DNA of 64,000 nt from an uncultured Candidatus Cloacimonadota bacterium (GCA_964583755.1 CAZOVZ010000004.1:4179-68178); one strand, 5' to 3'; shown: positions 1 through 9,993, numbered from the stretch's first letter. Notes: a model not told the origin generated them from the sequence alone. Translations and numbers: made by a program.

Positions 1-487
<487 letters not shown>

Positions 488-497
488 TTATAATCCT

Positions 498-1973
498 TCA
501 ATTCATTACTGCAAGTTTGTAGTGGCGGGCGCTTCCGGGTTGGGCCACCCGCAAAAGATAGACACCGCCGGGCAGGCGCTGGCCATTGACCCTGCCGTCC
601 CAGGCCAGGCTGAGGTTTCCGCCCTGGACGGGGCGGTCGGCGATGGCGCCCAGGTTTTGGCCGCGCAGGTTAAACACGTCGATCCGCAGGGATTCCGACT
701 TCAGCCCGGAGAGTTTGAGCTCAAAGGGAGCGGCGCCGTAGCGGAGGGGATTGGGCAGTTGGCAGGCCAGGCGGGAAGTGGGGATCAGGCCATCCTGCGC
801 GTCTGTGCTGTCGTAGGGCCAATCCACGAAGTCGACGTTGTTGTCGGTCACGGTGATGGTTCCCGCGGCTGGAAACGAAGAAAGCGACGCGGTGTAGAGC
901 ACGGGCTGCGAGTAGTCCAGGCTGGTTGGCAGCGGTTCGATGGATTCGCCGCCGGGGACGTTGAAAACTATCGACAGCGGAAAATCGCCGTTGGGATCGA
1001 AGTAATTGAACGACAGTAGATTGGTTTCGGGGTCAAGGCTGATGTTCTGACACTGGGGCAGGGCGTTGGAAGCCACCTGGTAGCGGTGGTCGGCAAAAAA
1101 GACCAGGCCAAAACCGCCGTAATCTCCAAAGCCAAAAGAGGGGTCGCCGCTGCTGAGGTCGATCGTGGCGCGGATGGTGGCGCTGCCGAAGACCAGCGAG
1201 TTGCTGAGGCTGGGCCAGGGGCCAAAATCCGGATCTCCGGTCAGGTCGGCCAGATTGCAGGCGGTGAAGAGTTTTCCGCCGCTGACCTGGGACTGGATGG
1301 AGCCGATATTGTCAAAGGTGGGCAGGCCGGAGGCAGCGTCGTAGCCGATCTTGTAGAGCCCGGAGGGCAGCACGATGGGGATGTTGCTGTAGACCATCGC
1401 GTAGGTGAGGCTGTCGGTGATCACGTCCGGGTTGGCGATCAGGGTCAGGTAGATGTTGTAGGAGGTCAGGGAATTCATGGTGGGAAACGACCCGGAATGG
1501 TTGGCCAGGGCGGTGTGGATCCTGGCGTCGGACACGCCCACCCAGGCCTCCGTCAGGTCCAGCATCGGCGCGTAGAGGGTGACGGAATCGCCCACGGCGT
1601 CCGTGGCGATCTGGCCCAACTGGTTCAGGGCGGGGGGAAAGGCGTCGGAATCCAGCCTGGGAACGTGCATGAAGGCATAGCTCTCTCCCTGCAGTTCACC
1701 GCTGCCGTGCAGCCGGTATTTGAGGGTCTGGCCAAACTGGTAGGGGATCAACGCCTGTTGGGTGGAGATGTTTAGCTGTTCGGATTCCGCCATCTGCCAG
1801 GCCGCTCCGTTGATGGAATAATGGCACTGCACCAGTTCCGTGCCTTCCCAGCGCAGGCGGAGGCTGCCATCCGGACAGACCGACGAATGCCGCAGCATGA
1901 AGGGGTCGCCGAACTGGGCACCGAGCGTGCCCGCCAGCAACAGAATGAATACCGGTAAAATCAAGTGTTTCAT
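498..1973 (-). CDS. secreted protein of unknown function with T9SS-type C-terminal sorting domain
   Basis: ORF 498..2096 trimmed to the internal ATG at 1973. This gives signal peptide MKHLILPVFILLLAGTLGAQ with a GGGAG RBS upstream. The C-terminus ...LRIDVFNLRGQNLGAI...GGVYLLRVAQPGSARHYKLAVMN resembles the Por-secretion-tail/FlgD-Ig type CTD shared by four other proteins here. Confidence 0.75.
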   Translation of the reverse strand: MKHLILPVFILLLAGTLGAQFGDPFMLRHSSVCPDGSLRLRWEGTELVQCHYSINGAAWQMAESEQLNISTQQALIPYQFGQTLKYRLHGSGELQGESYAFMHVPRLDSDAFPPALNQLGQIATDAVGDSVTLYAPMLDLTEAWVGVSDARIHTALANHSGSFPTMNSLTSYNIYLTLIANPDVITDSLTYAMVYSNIPIVLPSGLYKIGYDAASGLPTFDNIGSIQSQVSGGKLFTACNLADLTGDPDFGPWPSLSNSLVFGSATIRATIDLSSGDPSFGFGDYGGFGLVFFADHRYQVASNALPQCQNISLDPETNLLSFNYFDPNGDFPLSIVFNVPGGESIEPLPTSLDYSQPVLYTASLSSFPAAGTITVTDNNVDFVDWPYDSTDAQDGLIPTSRLACQLPNPLRYGAAPFELKLSGLKSESLRIDVFNLRGQNLGAIADRPVQGGNLSLAWDGRVNGQRLPGGVYLLRVAQPGSARHYKLAVMN

Positions 1974-1992
1974 ATAGGCTCCCTGTGGGTGT

Positions 1993-3342
1993 TTATGGTT
2001 CGATCGATTCCGGCTGGGGCTGGGTTGACAGCTGTTTGCGGAATTCGGTCCAGATCGTGGCGTTGGGCCCGCTGAATTCATCCGGCGCCCAGGCAAATTC
2101 GGGGCGGCGGTCCAGCACGTATTGGCGCAACTTTTCCGGAAGGGCGGAAATCCCTCGCGGCAGCTTGGCTCCGCGGGCCACGATGACGATGTTGCCGGGG
2201 CGGTCGCCCATCTTCATGAAGGGCAGCCAGGGGCAGATCTCCGTCCAGGTGAAAACGGCCGGAACGCTGCTGTTTTCGGGATTGCTGAGGTCAGACTTTT
2301 GCACGATGTACTGGATGAACTCCCCGGCCTGGAAGTTGTCGCTCTGCGAATGGAGCGGAAACTCTTTGCGGGGCAGGGGGTTGGGGTGGAAGGGAAAGAT
2401 GTCCGAATAGTAGACGATCACATTGCCAGTCTCCACCGAAGGCAGGATCATCGGCAGCAGGTCGATGTCCGCGGCGTCGAAGCCCAGGTCCTGGTTGACC
2501 GGGTCGAGGAAGATGGGGAAGACTTCGTCGTCCTTGCCGGTGTAGGGATTGCGCCAGGTTTCCAGGATCTCGCCGGTGCGGTGGTCTTTGAACACGGCGG
2601 CCTCGCGGGACAGCAGGTCAAACCCGTTGCCCTTGCGCACGGCGCGGACCACGCTGAAACCCTCCAGCGCGAAGAGTTCTTTGCGCTTTTCGCCGGGCAC
2701 CAGGCCATAGACCTTGCCGGTCCAATGGAAGACGGTATCGGAACCGCCGAGGTCGGCGCGGACGCGGACGTATCTGTCCAGAAAGCTGTTTGAGCTGTAG
2801 CGGAAGCCAAAGCTGCCGACCATGGTGTCAAATTCCTTGTCCGCGATGACAAACCTGTTGCCCTCCTCGCCCTCGCAGACAAACGAATAGAGGCGCCCGG
2901 CGTGGCGGAGGCCGGTGATCTTCAGCTTGCGCGGGGCCTGGCCAGCCTTGCTGGCAATCAGGATGAAGCGGAAGCCGGGATTGTCTTCCAGATAGTCCTC
3001 GATGGTTTCATTGACCTGGACGCGCGTGTAACCCCTCGCCGCGAGGTCGCTTTTGATCTTTTCCAGGTTGATGTTCATGAACGCCTGGTTGCCGGCCTTG
3101 CGTTCTTCCGCGCTGAGGGGCTCCACCAGCAGGCTGAAACTGGCGGGATCCGGCAGCCTGTCGGCGTCTGAAATGGCGGTGAAAGCTCCGGTTTCCGGGT
3201 TGGAAGTCACTTCCCAACTGGAGGGGTATTGGATCATGTAGTTGAACTTTTCGCTGAAATGGGTGTTCCATAACACCGCCTGCAGGGGAATGGCCAGGCA
3301 GCAAAGCGCCGCCGCGATCGCCAGTATGACGTGTTTGGGCAT
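1993..3342 (-). CDS. secreted protein with C-terminal DUF1838-like domain
   Basis: ORF 1993..3381 trimmed to the ATG at 3342. This gives signal peptide MPKHVILAIAAALCCLAIPLQA with a GAGGAG RBS. The C-terminal half (WTGKVYGLVPGEKRKELFALEGF...FKDHRTGEILETWRNPYTGKDDEVFPIFLDPVNQ) matches my memory of DUF1838 proteins. The family call is from memory only. Confidence 0.6.
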   Translation of the reverse strand: MPKHVILAIAAALCCLAIPLQAVLWNTHFSEKFNYMIQYPSSWEVTSNPETGAFTAISDADRLPDPASFSLLVEPLSAEERKAGNQAFMNINLEKIKSDLAARGYTRVQVNETIEDYLEDNPGFRFILIASKAGQAPRKLKITGLRHAGRLYSFVCEGEEGNRFVIADKEFDTMVGSFGFRYSSNSFLDRYVRVRADLGGSDTVFHWTGKVYGLVPGEKRKELFALEGFSVVRAVRKGNGFDLLSREAAVFKDHRTGEILETWRNPYTGKDDEVFPIFLDPVNQDLGFDAADIDLLPMILPSVETGNVIVYYSDIFPFHPNPLPRKEFPLHSQSDNFQAGEFIQYIVQKSDLSNPENSSVPAVFTWTEICPWLPFMKMGDRPGNIVIVARGAKLPRGISALPEKLRQYVLDRRPEFAWAPDEFSGPNATIWTEFRKQLSTQPQPESIEP

Positions 3343-3379
3343 ATAAAGTCTCCTCGACTCCAACGGAGTCCGTCTGCGC

Positions 3380-3407
3380 ATTTTACAGGATATCCCAATT
3401 GTGTCAA
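3380..3407 (-). promoter_or_regulatory. sigma70-like promoter for 1993..3342
   Basis: On the minus strand: TTGACA (3407-3402), 16-nt spacer, TAAAAT (3385-3380), about 40 nt upstream of the ATG. Confidence 0.6.
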
Positions 3408-3544
3408 GCGCGAAATGCCAACCGTCGCCGCCGCGGCGAATCCCTTGACAGAATGGGCTACCGGCAAAGATCGGCTTCGGCAGTTAACAGCGAAGGGAGG
3501 AAAGGATTCATGCGCCGCCAAAACCAGAACCCCGTGAGAGCCAG

Positions 3545-4360
3545 ATGGGATACCTGATCCTCAGCGTGCTGTGCTCGGTCGGAATCGCCAATCTGCTGAT
3601 GGCGTTCAACCGGGAAGGCAAGCTGGGCATGCTGCCGGTTTTCCTGGGCAACTATCTGGTGGCCGGGATCTTCAGCTATGCCAGCATCCCCTCGCCCAGA
3701 GCCTTGCCGCCGGCCTTTGACCTGGCGCTGGGAGTGGTGACCGGAGCCCTGTTTTTGGGCAACTTCTGGGTCTACCAGCGCTCCATCGTGATCAACGGAC
3801 TGTCGCTCTCCGTGGGCGTGATGCGCGTCGCCATGATCGTCCCGGTGCTGTTGGCCGTGCTGGCCTTTGGCGACCGCCTCAGCGGCTGGAACCTGGCGGG
3901 GATAATCGCCGGAGTGGCCGCCTTCGGGCTCAAGGCGGATCCCCGCGAGCTGCGCAACCTGATGTGGATCGGGGGTTTGTTTCTGATCTCCGGGCTCACC
4001 GACGCCAGCCTGAAAGTTTTCAAGGAACTGGGCAGCGGAAGCGAGCCTGCCTTCATCTTTGTGATCTTCAGCTCCGCCTTTGTCTTCACCCTGGGAGCCA
4101 TCCTCCTGGGAAGGCTTCCCGTTACATTGAAAAGCTTGCTGTTGGGCTGCGGACTGGGCCTTCCCAACCGCTATTCCACGGTCTTTTTTCTGAAGGGGCT
4201 GGACTCCGTTCCGGCCGCGGTAGCCTATCCGCTGGTGGCCGTGGCGATCGTGGCGCTGAGCATCGCGAGCGACCTCGTGTTTTGGAAAAAGCGGGCCACC
4301 CGGCGGGACGCCCTGCTCTGGGCGCTGCTGCTGATCAGCCTGCTGCTGTTGAATCTTTAG
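3545..4360 (+). CDS. polytopic membrane protein, DMT/EamA-like transporter
   Basis: 271-aa ORF with about 9-10 hydrophobic segments, for example LSLSVGVMRVAMIVPVLLAVLAFGDRLS. No specific motif recognised. Confidence 0.55.
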   Translation: MGYLILSVLCSVGIANLLMAFNREGKLGMLPVFLGNYLVAGIFSYASIPSPRALPPAFDLALGVVTGALFLGNFWVYQRSIVINGLSLSVGVMRVAMIVPVLLAVLAFGDRLSGWNLAGIIAGVAAFGLKADPRELRNLMWIGGLFLISGLTDASLKVFKELGSGSEPAFIFVIFSSAFVFTLGAILLGRLPVTLKSLLLGCGLGLPNRYSTVFFLKGLDSVPAAVAYPLVAVAIVALSIASDLVFWKKRATRRDALLWALLLISLLLLNL

Positions 4361-4439
4361 CCCGGCCCCGTTTAAGGGCCAATCTCTGCTTGACAGAATA
4401 GCGCGGCGGGAACGGAATCGCCGGCAAGCGGGAGGAACC

Positions 4440-5444
4440 ATGAACATCGGTTTTCATTACTATGTGACCAGGACCCTGGCCGAACAGGCGGGCTTCCCGC
4501 CCGGCGAAGCGCAGGTGATTGCCTATGCCTGCCAGTATATCGACAACTGCCACGATCACGACAAGATCCCCATCAACGGCCTGCCGCCGGCCCTCTACGA
4601 AAGGATGGGAAGCGACTGGCTGGACCCCACCTGCACCTCCCACAGCGGGATCCAAAACATCCTCTACAACTTCGATTCCGTGCGCACCAAGGTCCTGCTG
4701 CCCTTTCATTTCATCCCCGGGGGTTGGAACTCCTCCCGCCGCCGGTTTGACTACCTGACCCCGGCGGAAGCACCGCTGGCTTTGCAACTGGTGAGGGTGG
4801 CGCTGGAAAAGCTGAGATCGGTGGAAAGCGGTCAGTTTCGCCTGCTCGGCCTGATCCGGCTGGGAATAGCCCTGCACACCTACGAAGACAGCTTTGCCCA
4901 CCAAAACTTCTCCGCCCGCAACTACAGCCGCGACAACGGCGTTTCCCAGGCCCACATCGTTTACAACAACGAGGTCCGCTCGCAACCCATGCTCTCGCGC
5001 CTGACCGGATTTTTGGGCTACAAGATCGGCCACGGCCTGCTGCTGACCTATCCGGACGACTTCGGCGCCCGCATCACCTACAGCGACGGACGCAACCGCA
5101 AGGTCAGGGTGGACAACTTCGATCGGTTTCGACACGCTGCCCTGCAGACCTACCATCTGCTGCGCCAATACACCGCGGCGCCGGACCAAAGCGCGGATTG
5201 GCTGCCCCGCCTGGAAAAGCTCCTGAAAAAGAACTGGCGCCAGCCGGGAAACTGGTTGAAAGCCTTTTCCGCGCAGTTTCCGGAATACAGCTACGGCTAC
5301 AGCGAAAGCGGCTGGAAGAATGAGGCCCTGGAGCCTGGCAGCTCAAGTGTTTACGAGTTTCGGGGCGACCTGAAGTGGCTGTTTTTTCACCTGGCCGCCT
5401 ACGAACAGCGCCAGGCCGTGATGGGCATCCTGCCGCAGGCCTGA
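4440..5444 (+). CDS. hypothetical protein, possibly zinc-dependent phospholipase C / P1-nuclease-like fold
   Basis: 334-aa ORF with a GGAGGA RBS. The His/Asp pattern (GFHYY..., DNCHDHD, LPFHFIPG, GIALHTYEDSFAHQNF, GHG..PDD) is reminiscent of the PLC/P1 superfamily. The functional call is weak. Confidence 0.45.
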   Translation: MNIGFHYYVTRTLAEQAGFPPGEAQVIAYACQYIDNCHDHDKIPINGLPPALYERMGSDWLDPTCTSHSGIQNILYNFDSVRTKVLLPFHFIPGGWNSSRRRFDYLTPAEAPLALQLVRVALEKLRSVESGQFRLLGLIRLGIALHTYEDSFAHQNFSARNYSRDNGVSQAHIVYNNEVRSQPMLSRLTGFLGYKIGHGLLLTYPDDFGARITYSDGRNRKVRVDNFDRFRHAALQTYHLLRQYTAAPDQSADWLPRLEKLLKKNWRQPGNWLKAFSAQFPEYSYGYSESGWKNEALEPGSSSVYEFRGDLKWLFFHLAAYEQRQAVMGILPQA

Positions 5445-5452
5445 GAATATCT

Positions 5453-6841
5453 TCAGTAGAGCGTTCGCAGCAACCGCGCCACTTCGCTTTGGCTGAGGCC
5501 TGGCCTGAGCGACCGGGCCAGCCAGGCCTGCCGGCCTCCGTCCACTATTCCGCCTCTGGATAGCAGCAACGCCGTTACGCGGTAGAACATCTTCGGCGCC
5601 GCGATGCCGATCAGGGGCTGGAGGTAATCCGGATCCACGGCCAAGCCGTGCAGCAAAAACTCCTCGGAGGGATCGTCCGCCACCCAGACCAGATAGTAAT
5701 CCGGCACGACCGGCAACCCCGCCAGATCCTGCGTGACGGCGTCCCAGCTCAACTGCGCGCTTCCGGCCGACATCGCCAGAACCAGATTGCGCGGAGTTTC
5801 GGGCGGGGCCCAAAGCACTGTCCCGGAGAGGGAAAACTTCAGCAGAGGCAGATTTTCCGAATCGTTGTGGATATACAGGGTGTCGCTGTAGGCCCCTGCT
5901 GCCGGGGGATTGAAGCTGATCTCCAGCGTGGCCTGCTCTCCCGGTAAAATGTGGCCTGGCAGGCTCCCCGCGACCACGCTGAAGGCTGGATCCGCCTGGA
6001 AAAACTCTGCTCCGGAGATGAACAGGGTGTCGTTTCCGGTGGACTGCAGCACCAACTGCCCGGTCGCGGATGCCCCGGCATAGATCTCTCCAAAGGCCAG
6101 AGCGCTTTCCGGGCTGGCGATCTGGGGATGGTAAAACAAGTCCGTGAAACTGTATTTTATCCCTTGCAGGATCTCCTTGGAAGTCATGTTTTGCAAAAAG
6201 AAGATCAATTCGCAATTGGCCGTGACCCAACTCGGATTGGGCGTAAAACTTAGATTGACGGTGGTTTCCTGGCCCGTGTTCAGGGTTATGGCGCTGCCGT
6301 TTTGGTCCGGAATCATCAGGCGATTGACGTTTTCCACCGTGGTGAAGATGCTCCAGACGTAAGGGATGTGGGATTCCGTCAGAACTGCGTGCAGCTTGAG
6401 GTTGCTGTTGGTGTCCGGCTCCGTCTTGGCCACAGTGACCTGAGCTGTGAACACCCCGCCCTCCGTGCCGCCGGTGGCGCTGACGGTGTAGCGCGAGGCG
6501 ACCTGCATCCGCTCGTTCACCTTGGTCAAGTAGGCATCATAGGTCGCGCCCCCGACGCTGCGATTGAGGCCGTCAAACCAGGCGGTGGGCGTGCCGGGGT
6601 AGGTGTAGAAAGCGTTTCGGGCCGAGGAATAGACGTTCGCGAATGGGTCCCCGGTATGGTTTTTGATGATCGCCACCGGATGCCCGTTGCTGAGCAGCGC
6701 GTTGCAGGCCACAGCGGCGGCGTAGCAGGCGGGACAGCTGGTCCGGGTCGCGACTTCGACCACCACCAGGTTGCGGGGAACCGCGGCCAGACAGAGGGCC
6801 ACTCCCGCCAATATCAAAATTGCCCAATACTTCTTGTTCAT
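5453..6841 (-). CDS. secreted multidomain protein (thioredoxin-like/Omp28-related N-domain with CPAC, Ig-like and Fn3-like domains)
   Basis: ORF 5453..6934 trimmed to the ATG at 6841. Signal peptide is MNKKYWAILILAGVALCLAAVP. Also seen: a TRTSCPACY motif, a beta-rich middle and an Fn3-like ...AQLSWDAV... segment. Confidence 0.6.
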   Translation of the reverse strand: MNKKYWAILILAGVALCLAAVPRNLVVVEVATRTSCPACYAAAVACNALLSNGHPVAIIKNHTGDPFANVYSSARNAFYTYPGTPTAWFDGLNRSVGGATYDAYLTKVNERMQVASRYTVSATGGTEGGVFTAQVTVAKTEPDTNSNLKLHAVLTESHIPYVWSIFTTVENVNRLMIPDQNGSAITLNTGQETTVNLSFTPNPSWVTANCELIFFLQNMTSKEILQGIKYSFTDLFYHPQIASPESALAFGEIYAGASATGQLVLQSTGNDTLFISGAEFFQADPAFSVVAGSLPGHILPGEQATLEISFNPPAAGAYSDTLYIHNDSENLPLLKFSLSGTVLWAPPETPRNLVLAMSAGSAQLSWDAVTQDLAGLPVVPDYYLVWVADDPSEEFLLHGLAVDPDYLQPLIGIAAPKMFYRVTALLLSRGGIVDGGRQAWLARSLRPGLSQSEVARLLRTLY

Positions 6842-6923
6842 CGTTACCTCTTTCCCCGCCCCAGGCAGGTGGTTACTTGCGCCCGCAAACCCCGCTCGAT
6901 GCCCTGCCTGGCAAGGTTTGCTT

Positions 6924-6951
6924 ACATTACGCAACAGGGCTCATCTGTCAA
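6924..6951 (-). promoter_or_regulatory. sigma70-like promoter for 5453..6841
   Basis: On the minus strand: TTGACA (6951-6946), 16-nt spacer, TAATGT (6929-6924). Confidence 0.55.
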
Positions 6952-7131
6952 GCAGAAAGATGATCCGGACAAGCAAATGCGGTCCGCCAAGCCCCTTTCG
7001 GCGTGGGTTGATTCAGATTGGGCTGGCCAGGCAAGGCCCGCCGCCTTCCCTGCCGTGCCGGATTTTCGGCTTGGCTGCTTCATATATTTGATTATTATAG
7101 TTGTAGTGTTGTTTATGCAGCGAGGTGTATC

Positions 7132-8103
7132 ATGCGTAATATCATTGTACTAATGCTGATGTTATTTTGCTTTGTCTGGCTCGCGGGGGAATCTGTCCTC
7201 AACCGCTCCAATTCACCCTGGTCAAAGAGTGCCAACCCCGAAGAACTCTACAATCAGGCCCTGTATTACGATGCCGGGGTGGGCGCGGAACCGAACAAGC
7301 GCGAAGCGATGCGCCTGCTGCGGCTCTCCGCGGAAAAGAACTTTTCCCGCGCGCAATACAAGCTTGGCCTCTGCTACTACCACGGCGACGGAGTGGAGCA
7401 GGATTACCTCACCGCCCTCAACTGGTTCAGCCAGGCCGCGCGCCAGGGCCTGCCGGAAGCGCAATACAGCCTGGGCCTGTGCTATGCCATGGGCAACGGC
7501 GTGGAGCGGGATTGCGAGTCCGCCGCACTCTGGTTTCGCCGGGCGGCGGAGCAAGGCTATTCCAAAGCCCAATACTGCCTCGGCTGCTGCTACGATTTTG
7601 GCGAGGGGGTTTCCGAGGACAAATCCGAATCCGTGAGATGGTACCACCGCGCGGCCCAGAGCGGCAACGCCAGCGCCCAGTATAGCCTGGCCTGCTGCTA
7701 CGACTTCGGCGAAGGGGTGGAAACTGACCGCGCCAAGGCCATCCAGTGGTATGAATCCGCCGCCAGCCAGGGCCATCCGGGCGCCCAGTTCAATCTGGCC
7801 ACGATCCACTTCAACGGCGAAGGCGTGCCGGTGGATTACGGCCAGGCGGTGAAATGGTACAGGCTGGCCGCGGAACAGGGGTTCGCCGACGCCCAGTTCG
7901 TGCTGGGAAACTGCTACTACGGCGGGCTCGGCCTCACCCGGGACGACGGCGAGGCGATCTTTTGGTGGAAACTGGCCGCCTCCAGCGGACACGAAACCGC
8001 CCGCTACACCTTCGAAAAAGTCAGCCGCGACCTGACCGAAGAACAGCTGCAGCAGCTTCAGGCCAGGGCGGAAAAGTGGAGTGCGTCGCGCCCGCTGAAC
8101 TGA
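7132..8103 (+). CDS. Sel1-repeat (SLR) protein, secreted
   Basis: ORF 7018..8103 trimmed to the ATG at 7132, with a GAGGTG RBS and signal-like MRNIIVLMLMLFCFVWLAGE. About 7 tandem repeats of the A.Y.LG.CY..G.GV..D...A..W...AA.QG type. Confidence 0.85.
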   Translation: MRNIIVLMLMLFCFVWLAGESVLNRSNSPWSKSANPEELYNQALYYDAGVGAEPNKREAMRLLRLSAEKNFSRAQYKLGLCYYHGDGVEQDYLTALNWFSQAARQGLPEAQYSLGLCYAMGNGVERDCESAALWFRRAAEQGYSKAQYCLGCCYDFGEGVSEDKSESVRWYHRAAQSGNASAQYSLACCYDFGEGVETDRAKAIQWYESAASQGHPGAQFNLATIHFNGEGVPVDYGQAVKWYRLAAEQGFADAQFVLGNCYYGGLGLTRDDGEAIFWWKLAASSGHETARYTFEKVSRDLTEEQLQQLQARAEKWSASRPLN

Positions 8104-8108
8104 CCCGC

Positions 8109-8453
8109 CTAACCTCCAAACCGATGCCGGGCCAGGTCCACCCGCCCGTTAGCCAAAAATCCGACCCCTTCGGCTTCCAGCAGTTGCCTTTGCTGCCCGC
8201 CTCCCGCGCCTTCCGGCAGGGCGATGGAACCATCGGAACGCAGGATCCGCCACCAGGGCAGATCCCGCTTTCCGGATGATGAATGCAAGATCCTGGCCAC
8301 CTGCCTCGCACCGTTGGGAATCCCCGCCAGGGCTGCGATCTGGCCGTAAGCGGCCACTTGACCCGGCGGCACGGAGCGGATCGCGGCGATGATCAGAGCG
8401 GTGGAAGAGCAGGCAGAGAGGGCTTTCCGCGGCTTGCTCAACACAACTTCCAA
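8109..8453 (-). CDS. alkyltransferase-like (ATL/YbaZ-type) MGMT-family DNA-binding protein
   Basis: The 114-aa ORF carries the MGMT DNA-binding-domain pattern (VPPGQVAAYGQIAALAG...ARQVARIL). It has PWWRIL where active MGMTs have PCHRV, which is the ATL hallmark. The start codon is non-ATG (TTG or GTG) and uncertain. Confidence 0.75.
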   Translation of the reverse strand: MEVVLSKPRKALSACSSTALIIAAIRSVPPGQVAAYGQIAALAGIPNGARQVARILHSSSGKRDLPWWRILRSDGSIALPEGAGGGQQRQLLEAEGVGFLANGRVDLARHRFGG

Positions 8454-8457
8454 ATCT

Positions 8458-9789
8458 CTATTTCAGCTTCAGGCACTTCCGCGTCGCTGCTCCAGCGCCG
8501 TCTCCGGCCCTGATCAGATAAACCCCGCTGGGCACGCTGGCGCCCGCGGCGTCGCGTCCGTCCCAAACGAAGGTGCGGTTGCCGGAAACGCTCCACTGGC
8601 GCAGGATTTGGCCTTTGAGGTTGTAGACTTTTACCGTGAGGGGAGTGGTGTCCGCGGCTTTCAGGTCGATGCTGACCTGATCTGTAAAGGGCGAGGGATA
8701 GAGGCTTAGCGACACTTCGGCGGCGGGAATGGTGGGATCATCCGCTGCCACGTTGATCCACATATAGTCGAAAGTGGTCTTTTCGTAGTTTGACCAATTG
8801 CCGCCGAGCCATTCTTGTTCGATCTGCACCCCGAGTTTGCCTCCCTGTTCCTGGGAGTACGCGTTCAGCCAGCGGCTGGAATTGACCCAGGTTCCCTCAT
8901 TTACTGTCAGCAGTTCTTCAGTGCATTGATACTGGGCGTTGTAGCTGTAGTCGTAGCGTTCCGTTTCCGCCCAGGCGTCACTGATCCATTCGTAGTAGGA
9001 TTCATGCTGGGTCGCGCCCATTGCTTCAGAGGGAAAATAGCCCAACATGGCGATCGGAAAATACCTGCTCAGGTAGTAGATCAGATCGAGGCCGGAGCTG
9101 GTGTCCCAGGAAGTGTAGCTGAGGACAGTGCGGGAATCGTTGATCCAGTTGGTGGAGTCCGCCGAGGTTTGGGCCAGGTCTTCGGTTATCCTGCCCTGCG
9201 CGTCGCTGGTGAGGGCGCTATGGGTGTATTCCGTTTCCCCGGAAAACCAGTCCACCATCCAAGACGTCATGGAATTGAGCGTGCCGGCGCCGTAGCTGTA
9301 ATGGTAGCGCACGTAGGGTTCCCAGGCACGGGACTTCATGTCAAAATTGATGTCATAATAGCCGTGGATGAGCCGGTTCTGATTGTCGTAGACGTAGTTC
9401 ATCCGGATGAAGGGAGTTCGGATTCCTTCCCAGTAATTGTACATCATGGCGGAAGCGACGTAACCCTGGTTGTTGTAGGTCAGTTCGATGCAGGATTCCT
9501 TCACCCATTCCCGCTCCCCAGTGTCCATGGCCCAGACCGAAATGGAGTCGGGCATGAAGGGATTCGCTCCCATCGTGTAGTGCATTTCCGACCGGGTATA
9601 GGGCTCCCAGTCGTTCAGGCTGTAATCATAACCGACCATTTCGGTGGGAACCCATTCCCCCCGCAGATTTCCGCCAGCCCCAGCCTGGCGCAGAAAACGG
9701 AATAAATCCTGATGGTCCAACGGTTGGGGCGGCCCCGCCAGGCAGAGCAGCGGCAGCAGCAGTAAAGCAAAAGTCAATGATTTCTTCAT
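8458..9789 (-). CDS. secreted protein of unknown function with T9SS-type C-terminal sorting domain
   Basis: ORF trimmed to the ATG at 9789. Signal peptide is MKKSLTFALLLLPLLCLAGP with a GGGAGGA RBS. W/Y-rich body. The CTD is LYPSPFTDQVSIDLKAADTTPLTVKVYNLKGQILRQW...SGVYLIRAG...RKCLKLK. Confidence 0.75.
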   Translation of the reverse strand: MKKSLTFALLLLPLLCLAGPPQPLDHQDLFRFLRQAGAGGNLRGEWVPTEMVGYDYSLNDWEPYTRSEMHYTMGANPFMPDSISVWAMDTGEREWVKESCIELTYNNQGYVASAMMYNYWEGIRTPFIRMNYVYDNQNRLIHGYYDINFDMKSRAWEPYVRYHYSYGAGTLNSMTSWMVDWFSGETEYTHSALTSDAQGRITEDLAQTSADSTNWINDSRTVLSYTSWDTSSGLDLIYYLSRYFPIAMLGYFPSEAMGATQHESYYEWISDAWAETERYDYSYNAQYQCTEELLTVNEGTWVNSSRWLNAYSQEQGGKLGVQIEQEWLGGNWSNYEKTTFDYMWINVAADDPTIPAAEVSLSLYPSPFTDQVSIDLKAADTTPLTVKVYNLKGQILRQWSVSGNRTFVWDGRDAAGASVPSGVYLIRAGDGAGAATRKCLKLK

Positions 9790-9877
9790 TTTATCCTCCC
9801 TTGAAGCGATACAAATGTTTAGTAGCACCGGCATTGTGTCAAGCTTTATTTTCCTGGGCCATTTTTAAAATGATTTA

Positions 9878-9980
9878 CCCCCTTGGCTCCTATGACCATT
9901 ACGCTATCATTACGGGACCATTACGGGTGAAGCCCGTAATGGTCCCGTAATGGTCCCGCAATGGTAATGGGGGAGAGGTT
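9878..9980. repeat. palindromic intergenic repeat, copy 1 of 2 (ATTACGGG family)
   Basis: Contains a perfect 20-bp stem: CATTACGGGACCATTACGGG (9908-9927), loop tgaag, CCCGTAATGGTCCCGTAATG (9933-9952). The flanks are CCCCCTTGGCTCCTATGACC... and ...GTAATGGGGGAGAGGTT. A near-identical copy lies at 20194..20300. Confidence 0.85.
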
Positions 9981-9993
9981 GCGGTGACCCGTC

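Noticed and set aside
9908-9952. CRISPR array, suggested by repeated GTAATGG units (also at 20227..20280) and the tandem 9-mers at 30013..30039.
   Set aside because: The units are 7-10 bp, directly abutting or palindromic, with no spacers of 25-40 bp and no cas genes. These are hairpin or iteron-type repeats, not CRISPR.
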